DNA of 38,836 bases from Candidatus Eiseniibacteriota bacterium (GTDB taxonomy: Bacteria > Arandabacterota > Arandabacteria > Arandabacterales > Arandabacteraceae), in the NCBI GenBank assembly GCA_043810925.1, contig JBDRNT010000015.1, positions 1-38,836 of the forward strand. The letters are read 5' to 3'. The notes under the pieces were generated by a model. That model had not been told where the DNA came from. It saw only the letters and a program-made list of their open reading frames with translations, and made no database searches. The position numbers were made by a program, and so were the translations under genes. This document shows positions 9,576 to 19,315 of the stretch, one piece after another; the first letter of the stretch is position 1; every line of letters starts with the position of its first letter.

Positions 9576-10286
9576 TTCGGACCCCCTCTTTCCTTTTTTT
9601 CGTCCCGTTCCTTCACAGACAATCACGAGTTCTCCTTTCGGAGGTCTGCCCGTGTACTTGTCTATGAAAGAGGATATGCTTGCTTTCTCTATGTCTTCGT
9701 GCAGTTTCGTCATCTCCCGGGCCACCACACAGCGTCTGTCACCCAGAATGTCTTTCATGTCACCGAGTGTCTTGAGCAACCTGTGGGGCGCCTCGAAGAA
9801 CACCAATTGTCTCACATCATCGGCAAGATCCCTGAGCCGCCGCCGCCGCTTCGAGTTCTTACGGGGAAGGAAGCCTTCGAACACGTATCTTGGTTCATCC
9901 ATACCCGAAACCGAAAGTGCGGCGACAACCGCGCTTGCACCCGGCACCGGCACGATCTTGTATCCGGCCTTCCACACGGCTTCGACGAGCTGTCGTCCCG
10001 GATCGGAAATTCCCGGCGTGCCTGCCTCCGTAACAAGTGCAACGCTTCTCCCCTGCCCCAGCGCATCAATGATGCGTGGAATCACCCGGCGGGAGTTCTC
10101 CTCCCTGTAGCTTATTACGGTGCTTTTGATGCCATGATGGGAAAGCAGGTTCCTGGTCTTCCTAACATTCTCAGAGGCTATGAGATCCGCCTTCGTAAGG
10201 GTTTCGAGCGCCCGGAAAGTGATATCCTTAAGGTTACCAATTGGGGTTGCTACTACAAACAGAACGATGTCTTGCTGGTGAGCCAT
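9342..10286 (-). CDS. rsmI: 16S rRNA (cytidine1402-2'-O)-methyltransferase RsmI, as sequenced fused in frame to a glutaredoxin
   Basis: VVATPIGNLKDIT.RA, EAGTPGISDPG, VPGASA, FEGFLP, FEAPHR, REMTKLHE, KGELVIV. There is no stop before the glutaredoxin domain. Confidence 0.9.
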   Translation of the reverse strand: MAHQQDIVLFVVATPIGNLKDITFRALETLTKADLIASENVRKTRNLLSHHGIKSTVISYREENSRRVIPRIIDALGQGRSVALVTEAGTPGISDPGRQLVEAVWKAGYKIVPVPGASAVVAALSVSGMDEPRYVFEGFLPRKNSKRRRRLRDLADDVRQLVFFEAPHRLLKTLGDMKDILGDRRCVVAREMTKLHEDIEKASISSFIDKYTGRPPKGELVIVCEGTGRKKGKRGSEVSVIVYSTPTCPYCKMVKSYLDEKGVSFQDADVSSDPAKRDEMFKISGQRGVPVINIDGQIVVGFDKERLGELLGKE

Positions 10287-10301
10287 CCTGTTACGGCGTG
10301 T

Positions 10302-10505
10302 CTACCCGATGTGCCCGCTGAGCATAAGATGCTCAAGAAGCCGCTCCTGCTCTTCCGCAAGCTCCTTGGCCTGCACGAAGTCACCCTTCTCCAGAGCAGC
10401 CTGCATCTTGGTATCTATCCTCTCAATCTTGCGGGCCAATGATCTGTCGGGTTTGCTGTTGGACTTCTTCTGTTTCGGTTTCTTCAGATCTCTAGCATTA
10501 GGCAT
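10302..10505 (-). CDS. Small basic protein with a UVR (UvrB/C)-like motif
   Basis: Fills the gap between recJ-like and rsmI in operon orientation. IDTKMQAALEKGDFVQAKELAEE resembles the UVR coiled-coil motif. Confidence 0.5.
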   Translation of the reverse strand: MPNARDLKKPKQKKSNSKPDRSLARKIERIDTKMQAALEKGDFVQAKELAEEQERLLEHLMLSGHIG

Positions 10506-10529
10506 GCCGATTCTTCAAAACCCCCCTTC

Positions 10530-12194
10530 CTACTTCGCTTTTTTCCAGTCCATGACCTCTAACACCCTGACACCTCCCTCACCGAGAAAACTCACGACCA
10601 AGTTCAGTTTTTCTCCCGCTTCCCAGTCGACCTGCGAGGCAAAGTCATTTCCCGACAGATTAACCTCGCCCAGCTTCAACGTCCCATCAATCGTTTTAAG
10701 CATACTCTTGTGTAATGATTCAAGCAGAAAAATCGGCCTGCCGTGTTCCTGGCCGAAAGGTTCAAGGCAAAGCAGCGATTTCAGGTTGTCCATATTGACG
10801 TCGTCGGGCTTCAGCCGATCGTCGATGACGATCTCTCGCTCGATCACCGATGGATCGATTTTGGCTTCAAGGTAGTCAATGAAACTCTTCCTGAAAGCCT
10901 CTACCTTTGACCGCTCTATCGAGAATCCGGCGGCCTGCTTGTGCCCTCCATACCCCATAAAGTACTGCTTGTTGGCCGCAAGTGCATCGACCAGATCCAC
11001 TCCCTTGGGCGCCCTCGCCTCGCCCACTCCCGTATCACCTCTCATGGATATTATCACAACCGGTTTGTGAAGGTTGTCCGTCAGCCGCGACGCGCAGTAA
11101 CCGACGGCCTTGCTTGGAAGCCGCTCTTCAAGGAGTACGATTACCTTTCCCGAGCTGACGTCCATGCCTGACATGTGGCTGACTACCTTATCCAGGGTTC
11201 GCCTCGCACGCTCCCGTTTTCGTTCACACTCCGTCACCAGAGATGTGAGAATGTCCTCGGCATCATCACCTTCACCCGAAAGCAGAAGCTCACATCCGAG
11301 ATTGCCACCCTCATGCGAGCGGGAACCACCAACGATCGGCACCATCTTTCCCAGCACCTCTGTCATGGTGGGGTGATCGTCCAGCCATATGTGGGATCTA
11401 AGCGTCACAAAGGGAACCAGCCTTCTGGTCATGATCTCCTTGGTCCCGTTGTGGACCAGTATCCTGTTCTCGCCAAGAAGAGGCACTCGATCCGCAAAAC
11501 TGCCGAGGGCAGCCATACCGAGCAGCCCCTCAAGCGACGGCGGATTCCCGATCTTGCGGTAGTGTTGCGCAAACGCCTCCATAAATCTGTATGCGACACC
11601 GCAACCGGCGAGCTCCCTGAAAGTGTATGCGGTATCATGGCGTTTGGCATTGACAACCGCTACGGCGGGCGGGAGTTCGTCCGGAGGTTCGTGGTGGTCT
11701 GTCACGATAGTGTCTATCCCGAGAGACTTCGCATACGCGATTTCGTTCTTGCAGCTCACGCAGCAATCCACTGTCACAATCAAGGAAACGCCGGACTTTT
11801 TGAACCTGTCTACAATCTCGTTCGAAAGGCCGATTCCCTCTGTGGGGGAGTCGGGTATGTAGTAAGAGACGTCCGCACCCATCTCCTTGAGCGGCCCGAA
11901 GATGATCGTGGTTGCCGTAATGCCGTCAACGTCGTCGTGGCCCAGCACCATTATGGCTTCATCATTGGATACTGCAGCGGTGAGTCTTTCGAGGGCGGGC
12001 TCTATGTCCGGCAGCAGCATCGGATCCTGTAGATCGGACATACTGGGGTTGAGGAACTTCCTGGCATCGGTCTCACTTGAGATTCCGCGTGCGACCAGAA
12101 CCTTCGCGGTAATATTCGAGATCCCCAATCCATATTCAAGCCTCTTGGCGGATGCGGAATCTACAGGTCTTATCTTCCAGTGGGTCTTTGCCAT
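10530..12194 (-). CDS. recJ: RecJ-like DHH/DHHA1 single-stranded-DNA exonuclease (divergent motifs)
   Basis: L..RGI, L.DP.LLPD, DVDG, TVD, TDHH, LAGCGVA, AD.VPL.GENR, GGHKQAAG, LEPFG. Confidence 0.82.
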   Translation of the reverse strand: MAKTHWKIRPVDSASAKRLEYGLGISNITAKVLVARGISSETDARKFLNPSMSDLQDPMLLPDIEPALERLTAAVSNDEAIMVLGHDDVDGITATTIIFGPLKEMGADVSYYIPDSPTEGIGLSNEIVDRFKKSGVSLIVTVDCCVSCKNEIAYAKSLGIDTIVTDHHEPPDELPPAVAVVNAKRHDTAYTFRELAGCGVAYRFMEAFAQHYRKIGNPPSLEGLLGMAALGSFADRVPLLGENRILVHNGTKEIMTRRLVPFVTLRSHIWLDDHPTMTEVLGKMVPIVGGSRSHEGGNLGCELLLSGEGDDAEDILTSLVTECERKRERARRTLDKVVSHMSGMDVSSGKVIVLLEERLPSKAVGYCASRLTDNLHKPVVIISMRGDTGVGEARAPKGVDLVDALAANKQYFMGYGGHKQAAGFSIERSKVEAFRKSFIDYLEAKIDPSVIEREIVIDDRLKPDDVNMDNLKSLLCLEPFGQEHGRPIFLLESLHKSMLKTIDGTLKLGEVNLSGNDFASQVDWEAGEKLNLVVSFLGEGGVRVLEVMDWKKAK

Positions 12195-12204
12195 ATCTCA
12201 GTTC

Positions 12205-13251
12205 TTACCAGGTCGACGAAAACACCTTTTCAAAAACGGATATTGCCTTCGTTACATCCTCATCATCAATGTCAAGATGCGCGACTGCTCTTATCGTCGT
12301 TCGCCCGAACGGTACCACAAGGACACCGTTCTTCTCAAGCAGTAATATACTCTCATCAACACTCATACCGCTTTTTCCAAGATCGATGACTATGATGTTG
12401 GTCTGCACCGTGTCCAGGTCGATGTCGATCCTGTCTATCTGCGAAAGACTCTCAGCAAGTCGTCTCGCCCGACGATGATCCTCTCCAAGGCGTCCCACAT
12501 TGTGCCGGATCCCATGGATGCCTGCGGCTGCAAGTATACCGACCTGTCTCATCCCACCACCGAGCAACTTGCGATTCCGCCTTGCGCGAGCGATGAATTC
12601 ACGTCCGCCCACCAGCATCGAACCGATCGGCGCCCCCAGACCCTTTGAAAGACAGAACATCGTAGAATCACACAGCGAACAGTACTCTCTTACATCTATA
12701 CCCGACGCGGCTGACGCATTGAAGATTCGAGCTCCATCAAGGTGAATCCTGAGTCCCCTGTCCGTCGCGAGATCCCGTATGCGCTGCATCTCCTCAATCG
12801 GATAGACCATCCCGCCCTTGCGGTTGTGCGTGTTCTCAAGACAGATCAACCTGGTTATCGGAAGATGTTCGTCGTCGGGCCTGATTGCTTCCTCTATCTC
12901 TACAGCCCGAAGCATACGGTTGTCGGTCCTAATCGGCGCCAGCTGCACGCCCGAAAGCACCGCCGGCCCGGCCGTTTCGTAGTTGTAGATGTGTGAATCA
13001 TAATCTACGATCGCTTCGTCCCCCCGCCGTGTATGCGTGAGAATCGCGACCTCGTTTCCCATCGTCCCGCTTGGAACATAAAGACCCGCCTCGGTGCCGG
13101 TGATTTCAGCTGCAAGGCGTTCAAGCTCCTGGACCGTCGGGTCATCCTTGAAGACATCATCACCGACGACCGCTTCTGCGATTGCTCTTCGCATCTCGGG
13201 TGTCGGCCGTGTTACGGTATCGCTTCTCAGATCGACCGGATCGTGTGGCAT
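12205..13251 (-). CDS. ltaE: Low-specificity L-threonine aldolase
   Basis: [55 protein letters not shown] (PLP Lys), GGGMRQ.G. Confidence 0.95.
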   Translation of the reverse strand: MPHDPVDLRSDTVTRPTPEMRRAIAEAVVGDDVFKDDPTVQELERLAAEITGTEAGLYVPSGTMGNEVAILTHTRRGDEAIVDYDSHIYNYETAGPAVLSGVQLAPIRTDNRMLRAVEIEEAIRPDDEHLPITRLICLENTHNRKGGMVYPIEEMQRIRDLATDRGLRIHLDGARIFNASAASGIDVREYCSLCDSTMFCLSKGLGAPIGSMLVGGREFIARARRNRKLLGGGMRQVGILAAAGIHGIRHNVGRLGEDHRRARRLAESLSQIDRIDIDLDTVQTNIIVIDLGKSGMSVDESILLLEKNGVLVVPFGRTTIRAVAHLDIDDEDVTKAISVFEKVFSSTW

Positions 13252-13283
13252 TTTCACTCCCTGATCTCAACACTGACACCGGA

Positions 13284-13312
13284 AGTATAATGACCGGCTC
13301 TCATTATGTCAA
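13284..13312 (-). promoter_or_regulatory. sigma70-type promoter for ltaE and downstream genes
   Basis: Minus strand TTGACA-N17-TATACT about 30 nt upstream of ltaE. Confidence 0.65.
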
Positions 13313-13349
13313 CGCGACGTGTCACAGCGGGGGTGGCCCCGAGACAATC

Positions 13350-14294
13350 TCAGCGGCTGCGAATCTCGTAGGTGTAACCGCCACTCACAGGCGAGCTCTC
13401 ACCGAGGTGTCTCATGACGTACTGGCCGCAATTGCTTCCGATCAGGTTCTCTTCGAGCTCACCGATGCTCACGATCACCTCGAAGCCCGCCTCGCGGATA
13501 TTCGTGACAACGTCGTAGCGCTTCTCTTCGTTGAGGGGCTCGATGTAACTGGCCAGCCCATTTGAGCGCGCCTGGTACGTAGGATTGACCGGTGTCAGCT
13601 TTATCAGGAACTTCTCCGGGTCGAAGTACCTGAGAAGGACGTCCGGATCAAGTGGCATTCCGTCGGCCAGGGCCGAATTCAGTGTTATCTTTCTGTCACC
13701 TTCCTCATGGAAAGCCAGCCCGTAAGCTGAGATCTTCTTAAGACTCCACTTGCGCACAGGGACCAGTCTGTCCCGGAGCCGGGTATCCGTGGTGTGAATC
13801 GACATCTGGAGTTGGAACCTCCCGCCCGAATAGAGGTTCGTCTTTATGTCCATCAACCTGTCGAAGAAACGCTCGCTTCCCGAGGGGGCGACCGAAGAGA
13901 CGGAGGGCATGAGGCCGGGTGCGCGATAACGGTCCGGAAGTTCCTCGAGGACATCAAGCACCGCAGGGTTCAGTGAAGGCTCGCCCATCCGTGCGAATTG
14001 CACCTTGAATTTCTCTACATCCACTTTCCGGTCAGGATACCGGGCATCCACCAGGTAGTCGATCTGAGATGTGATTTCGCTTCTCGTCAGCCTGCCTGCG
14101 TAGTACCCGCCCGCATCACACATCAGACAACCGACGGGACAGCCGAACATGGTGGATACGATCAACACCCATTTCTTGGTTCGGGGAAGCGGCGGCTGCA
14201 GCGATTCGACAAACTCGATGTACCTGCCGTCCCTTATCTCCGCTATCGAAGCAACAGCTATGTCATCCTTGCCGGCCGATCCTACGATCCTCAT
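13350..14294 (-). CDS. Radical SAM protein, RlmN/Cfr-like, function unknown
   Basis: GCPVGCLMC (CxxxCxxC), MGEP, LQMSIH, LTPVNP, C-terminal SNCGQ; lacks the RlmN N-terminal domain. Confidence 0.85.
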   Translation of the reverse strand: MRIVGSAGKDDIAVASIAEIRDGRYIEFVESLQPPLPRTKKWVLIVSTMFGCPVGCLMCDAGGYYAGRLTRSEITSQIDYLVDARYPDRKVDVEKFKVQFARMGEPSLNPAVLDVLEELPDRYRAPGLMPSVSSVAPSGSERFFDRLMDIKTNLYSGGRFQLQMSIHTTDTRLRDRLVPVRKWSLKKISAYGLAFHEEGDRKITLNSALADGMPLDPDVLLRYFDPEKFLIKLTPVNPTYQARSNGLASYIEPLNEEKRYDVVTNIREAGFEVIVSIGELEENLIGSNCGQYVMRHLGESSPVSGGYTYEIRSR

Positions 14295-15217
14295 CTACCG
14301 ATCTCCCTGAGCTTCCCGGCGATCACCATGGCGGCGACCATTCCGTCGCCGACCGCTATGGCCGTCTGGCGCATGCTACCATGGCTGACATCTCCGATCA
14401 AATGCAGAAATCCCTCGCCTTGTCTGATCGCCCCCGTTCCCGCCGACTGTTGTGACATGAAGCCCAGGTCCGGGTACCTGCCGATAGCGATTACCAGATG
14501 GTCGGCGACGATCTCAAGAGCACCACCAGGGTTCCGGCAGCCAAGTGCGAGCCTGGGGCCATCGGCACCTTCAATCGCTGTGACCTCCGTCTCCGGGACA
14601 AATGATATCCGTGGCGACATCGCAGCCCGCTCACTGAGGAGTGGAAGACATCGAGGCTCATACCCTCTACTGAGAATGGTCACGTCGTTGTGTTTCCCCA
14701 GACTCAACGCATAGTCAAAGGCTGCGTCACCGGCCCCGACGATTGCGATAGCCTTACCGCGGACCGACCTGATTGGATCTATCTCATATGTAACTCGGTC
14801 ACTGAGTCCACGCGGGATCGGCACCGACGCCAGCATGTTCGGCCTGGTGCCGGAAGCTATGATCAGACTCATCGACCGAGTGTCACTGCCTCCGGCTCTC
14901 ACCAGAAACCGGTCGTGCTCGACATCAACCATTGTGACCTTCTCAAAGACGACTTCGATCCCGAGCACGGTCAAGTGCCTTCTCATCAACGCAACGAGAT
15001 CGACTCCGGATATGCCCTCGGGAAACCCCGGGTAGTTCTCCACCAAGTGAGCGTTGACCAGGAGCCCGCCCACCTTTCCCTTCTCGAAGACCACCGGTTC
15101 CAGACCGGCACGCTTGAGTTGAATTGCAGCGGCCATTCCTGCAGGCCCACATCCCACGATCACAACATCCGTGACCTTGGGGTCAGGTCTTGAGATTAAG
15201 CGTTTTGGCACTGTCAT
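14291..15217 (-). CDS. NAD(P)/FAD-dependent oxidoreductase, TrxB fold without the redox CxxC
   Basis: IVGCGPAG, GG....VENYPG, IASG, IVGAGDAA, IGDV, RQTAIAVGDG. Start is uncertain (15217 or 15238) because a REP-like arm overlaps it. Confidence 0.85.
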   Translation of the reverse strand: MTVPKRLISRPDPKVTDVVIVGCGPAGMAAAIQLKRAGLEPVVFEKGKVGGLLVNAHLVENYPGFPEGISGVDLVALMRRHLTVLGIEVVFEKVTMVDVEHDRFLVRAGGSDTRSMSLIIASGTRPNMLASVPIPRGLSDRVTYEIDPIRSVRGKAIAIVGAGDAAFDYALSLGKHNDVTILSRGYEPRCLPLLSERAAMSPRISFVPETEVTAIEGADGPRLALGCRNPGGALEIVADHLVIAIGRYPDLGFMSQQSAGTGAIRQGEGFLHLIGDVSHGSMRQTAIAVGDGMVAAMVIAGKLREIGR

Positions 15218-15280
15218 TCGCGGACTTCGCCACCTCATCAGACTTCCGGGGTTATATCTTATCTCAAGACCTGACCCCAA
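15177..15280. repeat. REPIN-like element (perfect 20-bp inverted repeat)
   Basis: ttggggtcaggtcttgagat (15177-15196) / atctcaagacctgaccccaa (15261-15280); shares the TGGGGTCAG core with the RAYT flanks. Confidence 0.8.
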
Positions 15281-17173
15281 CTATATCAGGGTGCGGTTGG
15301 CGCCCTGTCTTCGTGTGATACCGAGCCGGTCGAGACGCTCAAGCAGCGGTACGGCGTACTTCCTCGAGGTGCCCAGCACACCCTTAAGATCACTCACGGT
15401 GGCCTCACCGTGCTCCCTGAGGTATTCCTCGATCCGGGACCTGGCTTCTTCGATCGCAGTGCTGTGCACGACAAGACCGGGTTCCAGCCGTGTGATCTCA
15501 CCATCATTGATGAGAAGCGTGATCACTTTGCGTACCGTCTCCGCCGGGACCCCGCTGCCGGTCTCAAGGTCACGTTCGGACGGAGGCTGGAACAGCCTGG
15601 CCTTGAGCTGACCTACCACCACTGACCGCGCCCTGACTTCATCCTGACTCAACTTCACATCACCGCTACCCGCCCTCACCCTGCCCTTCTTGCTGAAGAC
15701 ACGGTTTCTGTCCTCAAGACGCCCGAGCACCCAGTTGAGGAAGGCCATCTCCACGGAACCGAGTTTCTCCCTTAACTCCTCCTTGGGCATTCCCCAGATC
15801 AGCCGTTGTTTGGCCTGGTAGGACTCAAGTGTTTCCTCGATCCTGCCCTCGAGTTCGGCCAGCACATCAGCGTGTATGTATAGCCCCGGCGAGGGTTCGA
15901 ATATCTTCGCGCTATCTTTAAGATCATGAATGGCGGTCTCGATCTCGCTTGAGCCACGATTCAGTCTGAGCCGGAGCATGTCAAGTCTCGTCCCCAGCCC
16001 TGAGGCCTTGATGTGCCCCTCGACTATCTGCTTCATATCTGCGGTCGCAAGCAACGTCAGCCAATCCGAGATACCCTTATCACGCTTCCTTCGTCTTAGG
16101 GGCGAAGGGTCCAGCACGGTCCCGCCACCGATCGTCCTCATCGGCGAATAGGTGCGCAGTACGAACAGGTCGCCGAATCCGGCCACCAGCGGGTCCTCGA
16201 GTCTCACCTGAGCGAAGCACTTCTCTCCGGGCCGGAGAGCCTCACGCCCTATCAGGAAGATTCTTCCCATGACCTCACTGGCCCCGAGATGAAACCTGAT
16301 CCTGGCCTTGTGCTTGAGTACCCTGGGAGATGTCGCAAGGATGCGGACCTCCGCATCCAGGACCCGCGTCGACGTGAAATCTCCCGGAGAGACAACGCAG
16401 TCGCCGCGCTCGATCTCATGTTTGTTGACACCGTGGACACCCAGCGCCGTCCGCTGACCGGCATACGCGCTGTCGACGTGCGATCCGTGGACCTCGACAC
16501 TCCTGACACGTACAGGTTTCGGGCCCGGCAGGATTTCCAGCCGGTCCTCCTTGGAAACGGTCCCCGCCCAGAGAGTACCGGTAACCACCGTACCGCGTCC
16601 CGTCATGGTGAAGACCCGATCGACGGGCAGCCGGACCGCTGCCCCGATCTTGCGTTCCTCGATCCCGGCCACGGCCTCCTCAATCGCCTCGCGCACCGCC
16701 TTCACGCCATCACCGGTCCTGGTGGAGGTCGCGACGAGCGCTGCCCCCTCAAACCGTGTTTCCTTGATCAGGTCCTCGACTTCCTCCCTGACCATGTCGA
16801 TCATCTCGGCGTCCACAAGATCGCTCTTCGTAAGCGCGAAGATCGCGGTGCTCACTCCCAGGAGTGATATGATGTCGAAGTGCTCCCTGGTTTGCGGCAT
16901 GATGCCCTCATCGCAGGCCACGACAAAGAGCACCAGGTCGATCCCCCCGACCCCGGCCAGCATGTTCTTGATGAACTTCTCATGACCGGGCACATCAACG
17001 ATCCCGACCTTGAGGTCGCCTGGAAGATCGATATGGGCGAAGCCGAGATCGATGGAGATGCCCCGGGCTTTTTCTTCACGAAGACGGTCGGTGTCGATAC
17101 CGGTCAGGGCCTTTATCAGTGCGGTCTTACCGTGATCGATGTGACCGGCCGTTCCCAGAATCACTCGTCTCAC
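15281..17173 (-). CDS. selB: Selenocysteine-specific elongation factor SelB
   Basis: [41 protein letters not shown], and C-terminal winged-helix [20 protein letters not shown] overlap with murA. Confidence 0.95.
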   Translation of the reverse strand: MRRVILGTAGHIDHGKTALIKALTGIDTDRLREEKARGISIDLGFAHIDLPGDLKVGIVDVPGHEKFIKNMLAGVGGIDLVLFVVACDEGIMPQTREHFDIISLLGVSTAIFALTKSDLVDAEMIDMVREEVEDLIKETRFEGAALVATSTRTGDGVKAVREAIEEAVAGIEERKIGAAVRLPVDRVFTMTGRGTVVTGTLWAGTVSKEDRLEILPGPKPVRVRSVEVHGSHVDSAYAGQRTALGVHGVNKHEIERGDCVVSPGDFTSTRVLDAEVRILATSPRVLKHKARIRFHLGASEVMGRIFLIGREALRPGEKCFAQVRLEDPLVAGFGDLFVLRTYSPMRTIGGGTVLDPSPLRRRKRDKGISDWLTLLATADMKQIVEGHIKASGLGTRLDMLRLRLNRGSSEIETAIHDLKDSAKIFEPSPGLYIHADVLAELEGRIEETLESYQAKQRLIWGMPKEELREKLGSVEMAFLNWVLGRLEDRNRVFSKKGRVRAGSGDVKLSQDEVRARSVVVGQLKARLFQPPSERDLETGSGVPAETVRKVITLLINDGEITRLEPGLVVHSTAIEEARSRIEEYLREHGEATVSDLKGVLGTSRKYAVPLLERLDRLGITRRQGANRTLI

Positions 17174-18423
17174 TCGGGGACCCTCGAAATATCAGCCCGA
17201 AGACCGCTCAGTTTCTCTTCGATCGCTTCATAACCGCGGTCAATATGATAGACCCTCGAGATGTGGGTCTCACCGTCGGCCACCAATCCGGCAAGGACAA
17301 GGGCTGCGCTCGCCCTGAGATCGGTTGCCATCACGGGTGCGCCGCTCAGTTTTCTCGCGTAACCCACGTGCGCGGTATTGCCTTCTATCTTTATATCTGC
17401 GCCGAGCCGTCTGAGCTCGGGTACATGCGTGAACCTGTCCTTGAAGATGGTCTCGCTGATCACACAGCTTCCCCGTGCAACGGTCATCAAGGCCATGTAC
17501 TGGGCCTGCATATCGGTCGGGAAACCGGGGAAGGGAGATGTCAGGACATCCACCGACTCGATTCTGCGCCGGCCTTTGACATGTATCCGGCTCCGCGTTT
17601 TCTCAATCGTCACGCCGCACTGGCGCAGCTTCCGGGTGATCGCATCCACATGCTCGGGAATGCAGTTTTCGATCACAATGTCTCCCGCCGTAATCGCGCC
17701 CGCGATCATGTAAGTACCTGCCTCGATCCGGTCGGGTATGACTTTGACCTCGGCCGGTGAGAGATTTTCGACACCTTCGATCTCGATGGTCTCCGTACCG
17801 GCACCCTTGACCTTTGCGCCCATGCGGTTCAGGAAGTCGGCCAGGGCCGTTATCTCCGGTTCTCTTGCGGCATTGGCTATCACGGTCTTACCCCGGGCCC
17901 GCGACGCCGCCATCATGGTATTGGCGGTCGCACCCACGCTCGGTATCGAAAACCTTATGGTATTGCCCTTGAGTTTCCCGGCAGTGGCCACTATGTAGCC
18001 ATGGTCTATCTCGACCTTCGCCCCGAGCTCATGCATCGCCCTTATGTGAAGATCGACGGGTCTGGGACCCCAGGCGCATCCACCGGGCAGCGAGACCCTC
18101 GCCTTACCCGACGAAGCCAGTAACGGACCAAGGACATAGACGGAGGCACGCATCGTCCGCACCAGCTCGTACGGCGCCTCGTGACCTTTCACACTGCTCG
18201 TATCCACCCTGATCGTGCGACCGCGCTGACTGACTTTGGCCCCGAGCCCCTCAAGAACCGACTTCATCGTCATCACGTCCGCAAGATTCGGCACGTTTTT
18301 TATGACAGACACGCCGCGGGTCAGCAGGCATGCCGTCATGACCGGCAGCACAGCGTTCTTGGCTCCACCGATTCTTACATTTCCTTTGAGCTTTCGCCCG
18401 CCCTTGATGACTATCTTGTCCAC
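17170..18423 (-). CDS. murA: UDP-N-acetylglucosamine 1-carboxyvinyltransferase
   Basis: GAKNAVLP, MRAS, LPGGCAWGPRPVDLH, SVGAT, AAREPEI, PDRIEAGT, PGFPTDMQAQ, TDLRAS, HIDRGYE. Confidence 0.97.
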   Translation of the reverse strand: MDKIVIKGGRKLKGNVRIGGAKNAVLPVMTACLLTRGVSVIKNVPNLADVMTMKSVLEGLGAKVSQRGRTIRVDTSSVKGHEAPYELVRTMRASVYVLGPLLASSGKARVSLPGGCAWGPRPVDLHIRAMHELGAKVEIDHGYIVATAGKLKGNTIRFSIPSVGATANTMMAASRARGKTVIANAAREPEITALADFLNRMGAKVKGAGTETIEIEGVENLSPAEVKVIPDRIEAGTYMIAGAITAGDIVIENCIPEHVDAITRKLRQCGVTIEKTRSRIHVKGRRRIESVDVLTSPFPGFPTDMQAQYMALMTVARGSCVISETIFKDRFTHVPELRRLGADIKIEGNTAHVGYARKLSGAPVMATDLRASAALVLAGLVADGETHISRVYHIDRGYEAIEEKLSGLRADISRVPE

Positions 18424-19296
18424 CTAAGATTGCCTCCCGATAACGACTCTGTCCTTGCCGTTGAGATCCTTTATCACTTCAATCCCTTGAAGTCCCACAC
18501 TCTCGAACGTCTCTGCTACGGCTCCGGCCTGTGTCTCGCCGATCTCGACGCCGACGATCCCACGTCTTGTTAGTATAGACGCAATACGGGGCAACATGCT
18601 TTCAATGAACTCAAGACCGGTGTCCCCGCCATCCAGTGCGATCCGCGGTTCGTGGTCCCGGATCTCGGGCTCGAGGTTTTCGATTTCGGCACGCCCCACA
18701 TAAGGCGGGTTGCACGCGATCGCATCGAACCCGTCATCGCGGTCCCTCCCGGAAAAGCCCCCCAGGGGGCTCAGTCCACTGCCAACAACAAATCGGGTTA
18801 TGTCATTCACACCGTTCAGTATAGCATTTTCTCTCGCGATTTCCACAGCAAGCGGTGATATGTCACTGGCGATGACGAGACCGGCCCTGAAGTGATGGGC
18901 AAGCGAAACGGCAATTGCCCCCGAACCCGTACCCAGGTCGAGCATCAAATGAGGCTCGAGTGAATCCATCTCTATCCGTTCTATCATCGTGTCGACCAGA
19001 ACCTCGGTCTCGGGTCTGGGTATAAAGACCCCTTCCTTCATCTTAAATGTGAGGGACATGAATTCGCACTCACCGGTGATGTACTGGAGGGGGACCCGCG
19101 TCGCGCGCTTGCGGGCGAGATCAAGCACGATGGTCTCTTCAGTGGGTGAGAGCTCCCTCTGAGGCTCGAGGTAGATGCCGCTCCTTGGAATCTTGAGGAC
19201 GTGTGACAAGAGGAGTTCCGCGTCGACCCCGGGAGACGGGACACCCGCAACCTCGAGCGACTGCCTGACTGACCTGAGGAGCGAGGAGAGATTCAA
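18424..19296 (-). CDS. prmC: Release factor glutamine methyltransferase PrmC/HemK
   Basis: PLQYITG, VFIPRPETE, LDLGTGSGAIA, NPPY, EPRIALDGG, EIG..Q. TTG start at 19296 inferred, just downstream of prfA. Confidence 0.93.
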   Translation of the reverse strand: MNLSSLLRSVRQSLEVAGVPSPGVDAELLLSHVLKIPRSGIYLEPQRELSPTEETIVLDLARKRATRVPLQYITGECEFMSLTFKMKEGVFIPRPETEVLVDTMIERIEMDSLEPHLMLDLGTGSGAIAVSLAHHFRAGLVIASDISPLAVEIARENAILNGVNDITRFVVGSGLSPLGGFSGRDRDDGFDAIACNPPYVGRAEIENLEPEIRDHEPRIALDGGDTGLEFIESMLPRIASILTRRGIVGVEIGETQAGAVAETFESVGLQGIEVIKDLNGKDRVVIGRQS

Positions 19297-19315
19297 CCTT
19301 TGAACTTCCTCAGAG

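Noticed and set aside
13350-15217. Naming the pair rlmN and trxB
   Set aside because: The SAM enzyme lacks the resolving Cys and N-terminal domain, and the flavoprotein lacks CxxC.
9342-15280. Selenoprotein (in-frame UGA) near selB
   Set aside because: The glutaredoxin has CPYC, the radical SAM and flavoprotein genes look complete, and no TGA was seen at a catalytic Cys position.
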